This document shows, in pieces, positions 60,601 to 64,000 of a stretch of 64,000 nt of DNA; position 1 is the stretch's first letter, and each line of letters begins with the position of its first letter. The position numbers and the translations under genes are program-made. The notes beneath the pieces are model-generated. The model did no database searches. It worked only from the letters and a program-made list of their open reading frames with translations, and was not told the DNA's origin. Source of the DNA: the human T2T-CHM13v2.0 reference genome, Homo sapiens; assembly GCF_009914755.1 (NCBI RefSeq), contig NC_060939.1. The stretch is one strand, 5' to 3'.

Positions 60601-62137
60601 GTCAGGAAGCAAAGACCCAGCTGAAGCATTTTTGTCACTAATCATGCTGTTTTTCTTCTAATTAGTTAATTTACATTTTGCAAATTAAGGGTAAAATTCA
60701 GACAGAAGACAACATCATAGCTTTAACTGACCCATATTTGTATCTGCCAAATTTAAGTTAATTAGAAATGTAGACGCTGTTTATCTGTCAGAAAAGCTCA
60801 TCTTTTTTCTTAAAAAAAAAAAAAAAAGAAAAAAGTAGACACACTTTTTCCCCCTCAGCATTTATCATCTAAATAATAGTCTTGCCAAGATGGCAGCCTC
60901 ATAATAAACTCTTTTCAGTGGAGTGATGGGTAATGAAGCTTGCTTGTGAAGGCAGCGAAAAATGTTGTCTGGCCAAATGCATGAATATGATGGCTAGAGA
61001 ATCAGTGGACTTTCTCAGTCATCAATCTTTTTAGTAGCCTCTTATACATCTGAATATTTTGATAGATGATCTAATAATTGAGTTATCTATCTTTCTAAAT
61101 ATCAGAGTTGCATAAAAATTATTCTCACATGCTACTGAATATTAAATATATTAGGCATCCAGTAAATTTTTCATAAAAGGGCCAAAAGGTGAAACATTGT
61201 TGTTATTCTATAAATATCTTTTAATATATTGAGTGTTGAGCCCTCTGACATATCCAGCTCTTAACTCTCTCTGTGAGAAGTAGGTATATATTTTAAAAAG
61301 AGAACATACCTATTATAAGTAGGACACGTAATACTTTGGCCGGTAAAAAGTAGACCCTGGTACATGTGTAGATACAACTCAGTATTGTAAAATGGAATAC
61401 ACTTGTTGGTCTAACACCAGCCACACATTTAATATGACACAAATTTTCCATACAAGAAGCACAGATTATATGCATGCTAAGAATTACTGTATGGCTTTGG
61501 TGTCTCCATGATTTTGAGAGGAAGATGATCCTACCAAAAGGAAAAACAAAGCTCCCAAGTATTCTTATGATACACAGGTAGTTCTTTCCCCTCATATGGC
61601 TTTGTATGTGGAGGGAGGAATTGTTTTTGTTTTTTTGTTTTTTGTCATGCATCACTCTATTAAAAGCTTATCAACAAGTATGCTTCACTGGAATTGAAAA
61701 AGTGACAAGGAAAATTGGCAGGAAACAGATGACTTAGAAGTGGGCTTCTCCCACCCCCCTACCATTCACAGTTCTTCAAGGTGACCTTACAGTGATGACT
61801 TCCCAGTAACCAACATTAAAATAGTTCTGCCCTGGAAGAGCAGACATTTGTTTGTGGGTCTGACGGGTTACCAATCCTCTGCATCTTGAAAGGCACTCAA
61901 ATGAGCAGGGCCTTGTAAATTGGATTTCTATTAGCCAGCCCTGATGATAGCTCTTCATCAGAGGAATGGGAGGAAGTGCTATCGATAGCTCCACCTCTAA
62001 ATATCTTTGCTTGTTTTTCTTCCTTTTTTTTTTTTTTTTTAAATGCCACGCTTATTTTTGGTCTCTCTCATCCAAAATGGTAATGAATGCTAAAATTACC
62101 AGAAATAATTGCCTTTGAGGTTTTAAATAAGCCTTAA

Positions 62138-62447
<310 letters not shown>

Positions 62448-64000
62448 AACAATTATTTTTTAATGGTTTTCAACTGGAAAAGCATTTGGAATGAAAATCA
62501 GCAACACAATGGCCAGAAACAAAAATGGCAAAAATGTCTTAAACCTTGTTTTCTATTTAATTCCTAACAATGATTTCATCTTACGGTTGTGCTATTTATA
62601 AAATTTGAGATGATAGACTTTTTTCTCTTTATTTTTCTGGATTGAAAATAATAATTCAGGACAGTACCAATTGTGGAAATATCTCTGTGGGTTACACTGA
62701 GGAACTAGTACTTTCTAGTAGGTGGATCTTTTCTTGGTTTCGAGACTCTCCATAATTTGGTTGGAAAAAAATGATATTTTATTGTAAGAGCTATCACTGA
62801 GAATTTTAAATTCTTAGATATCTATTTAAAATTATACATTTAAAACCATTTGAAATGTCCATATTGGGGAGGTTTTAGGGGAGGGAATAGTCTTTTCTTA
62901 ATCAAAGTAGCAAACATCTGTGTTCTTTCTAGCCTGTCTTTTGATTAGCATGGCCTCATCCATCACTGGTCTTTGATATGAACACCAAGAAGTCGTGTCC
63001 TTTTGTTTTAAATGATAAATATGCCTTTGTCATGAATACTCATAGGCAACCCAGGATTTACATCTGAATTGTCAAAGTGTAACTGCCCAGCTCCTGTGAT
63101 GAGTGACATTATTAGTGAAATAAAGAAGTTTTTAATTTGTCATGGATAGGCCTTAATGAGACTATGTGGGTTGTGGTGCTAGAAAAAGTTGTCCTTCCCC
63201 CACTATTTTTCTAAGATTTGTCATTTATCAACAAGAGGCAATCTGCCGCAGGAGGTTCTCTGTGAACATTTTTACTTTAGTGCCATTAGTCTGTCTCTAG
63301 GTTTCATTATTTAGGCTAGATGACTGGTAGTACTTATCAAAACTAATGCTATCTGAAGTACCCAGGCTCCTGTTGGTCAAACAACCAGCATCATGATTTG
63401 TTCTGTCAAGTTATTATTATCAAAGACAGTGTTTTTTTAAACTTTAGCTTTATTTCAAGGTCTATGTCAATTATATTTTCTAAATACATTTCTTTGACAT
63501 CTTTGTTCCCACTAACCCACATCTACTCACATGTATTTATGTATGTGCTATTTATATAAATACATTGACCTATTCATATCTACCTATACAATTTCATGTT
63601 AATCATCAAAACCCTCAGGGTGTCCAATTTAACTGTTGTATTTGACTCTTCAACTAAGAAATTAGGACCATTAAAATTAAAAATATTGTGAAGTCTTGAT
63701 CTTCACTTGTCTGCAATTTAATAGATTACAGCTTTCATATATTTGCTTTATTTGTTCCTACACTATTAATAGACAAATAGTTTGATAATTTTAAAGTGTC
63801 TTGTGATAAATGTTTCATGTTGGTAATAAGTGGTTTATTCTAATTTTATGTATACAGAGTATCCTGTGAAGATTTGGTATTTTAACAAGTAACTTTTAAC
63901 AGAAATTGCATTACCTTCTACATGATTTGTCTTTATAATTTCAATACAACTGTTTTAAAAGTAGGCAGAGTAAGAGTGTTCAATCTCTTTTTCAACTGAA

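Noticed and set aside
60881-60900. CAAGATGGCAGC as a CTCF or YY1 site (also CAGATGGCAGT near 38796)
   Set aside because: Only the 3' half of the CTCF motif matches; an isolated YY1-like core is expected by chance in 64 kb.

Overview
Human (or great-ape) genomic DNA lying entirely inside the + strand gene CDIN1 (C15orf41, chr15q14, congenital dyserythropoietic anaemia type Ib), identified from recalled protein sequence. Five short coding exons splice in frame: exons 6-10 by the usual 11-exon numbering, at 25149-25228, 25590-25639, 30787-30854, 42695-42760 and 43328-43433. They read [124 protein letters not shown], which includes the PD-(D/E)xK nuclease motif. The ORF track does not call these exons; only ORF 25422..25655 runs in frame through exon 7. 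Intron 7 is a U12-type (minor spliceosome) GT-AG intron. The rest is intronic: a young 5'-inverted (twin-primed) L1PA2/3 with target-site duplications (TSDs), an L1PA7/8-like 3' end nested in an old L1M, about 12 Alus, MLT LTRs, MIR/L2 fragments, STRs, and a repeat-poor, motif-rich block at ~6.1-9.3 kb that looks like conserved enhancers of the neighbouring MEIS2 regulatory block. I see no new protein-coding system. The best unexplained signals are a near-perfect hairpin with 41-bp arms just upstream of exon 6, a ~1 kb inverted L1 pair that brackets exons 6-10, a candidate poison exon in intron 10, and a palindromic 30-bp VNTR grown from an Alu tail. Repeat boundaries and subfamily calls are by eye and approximate.
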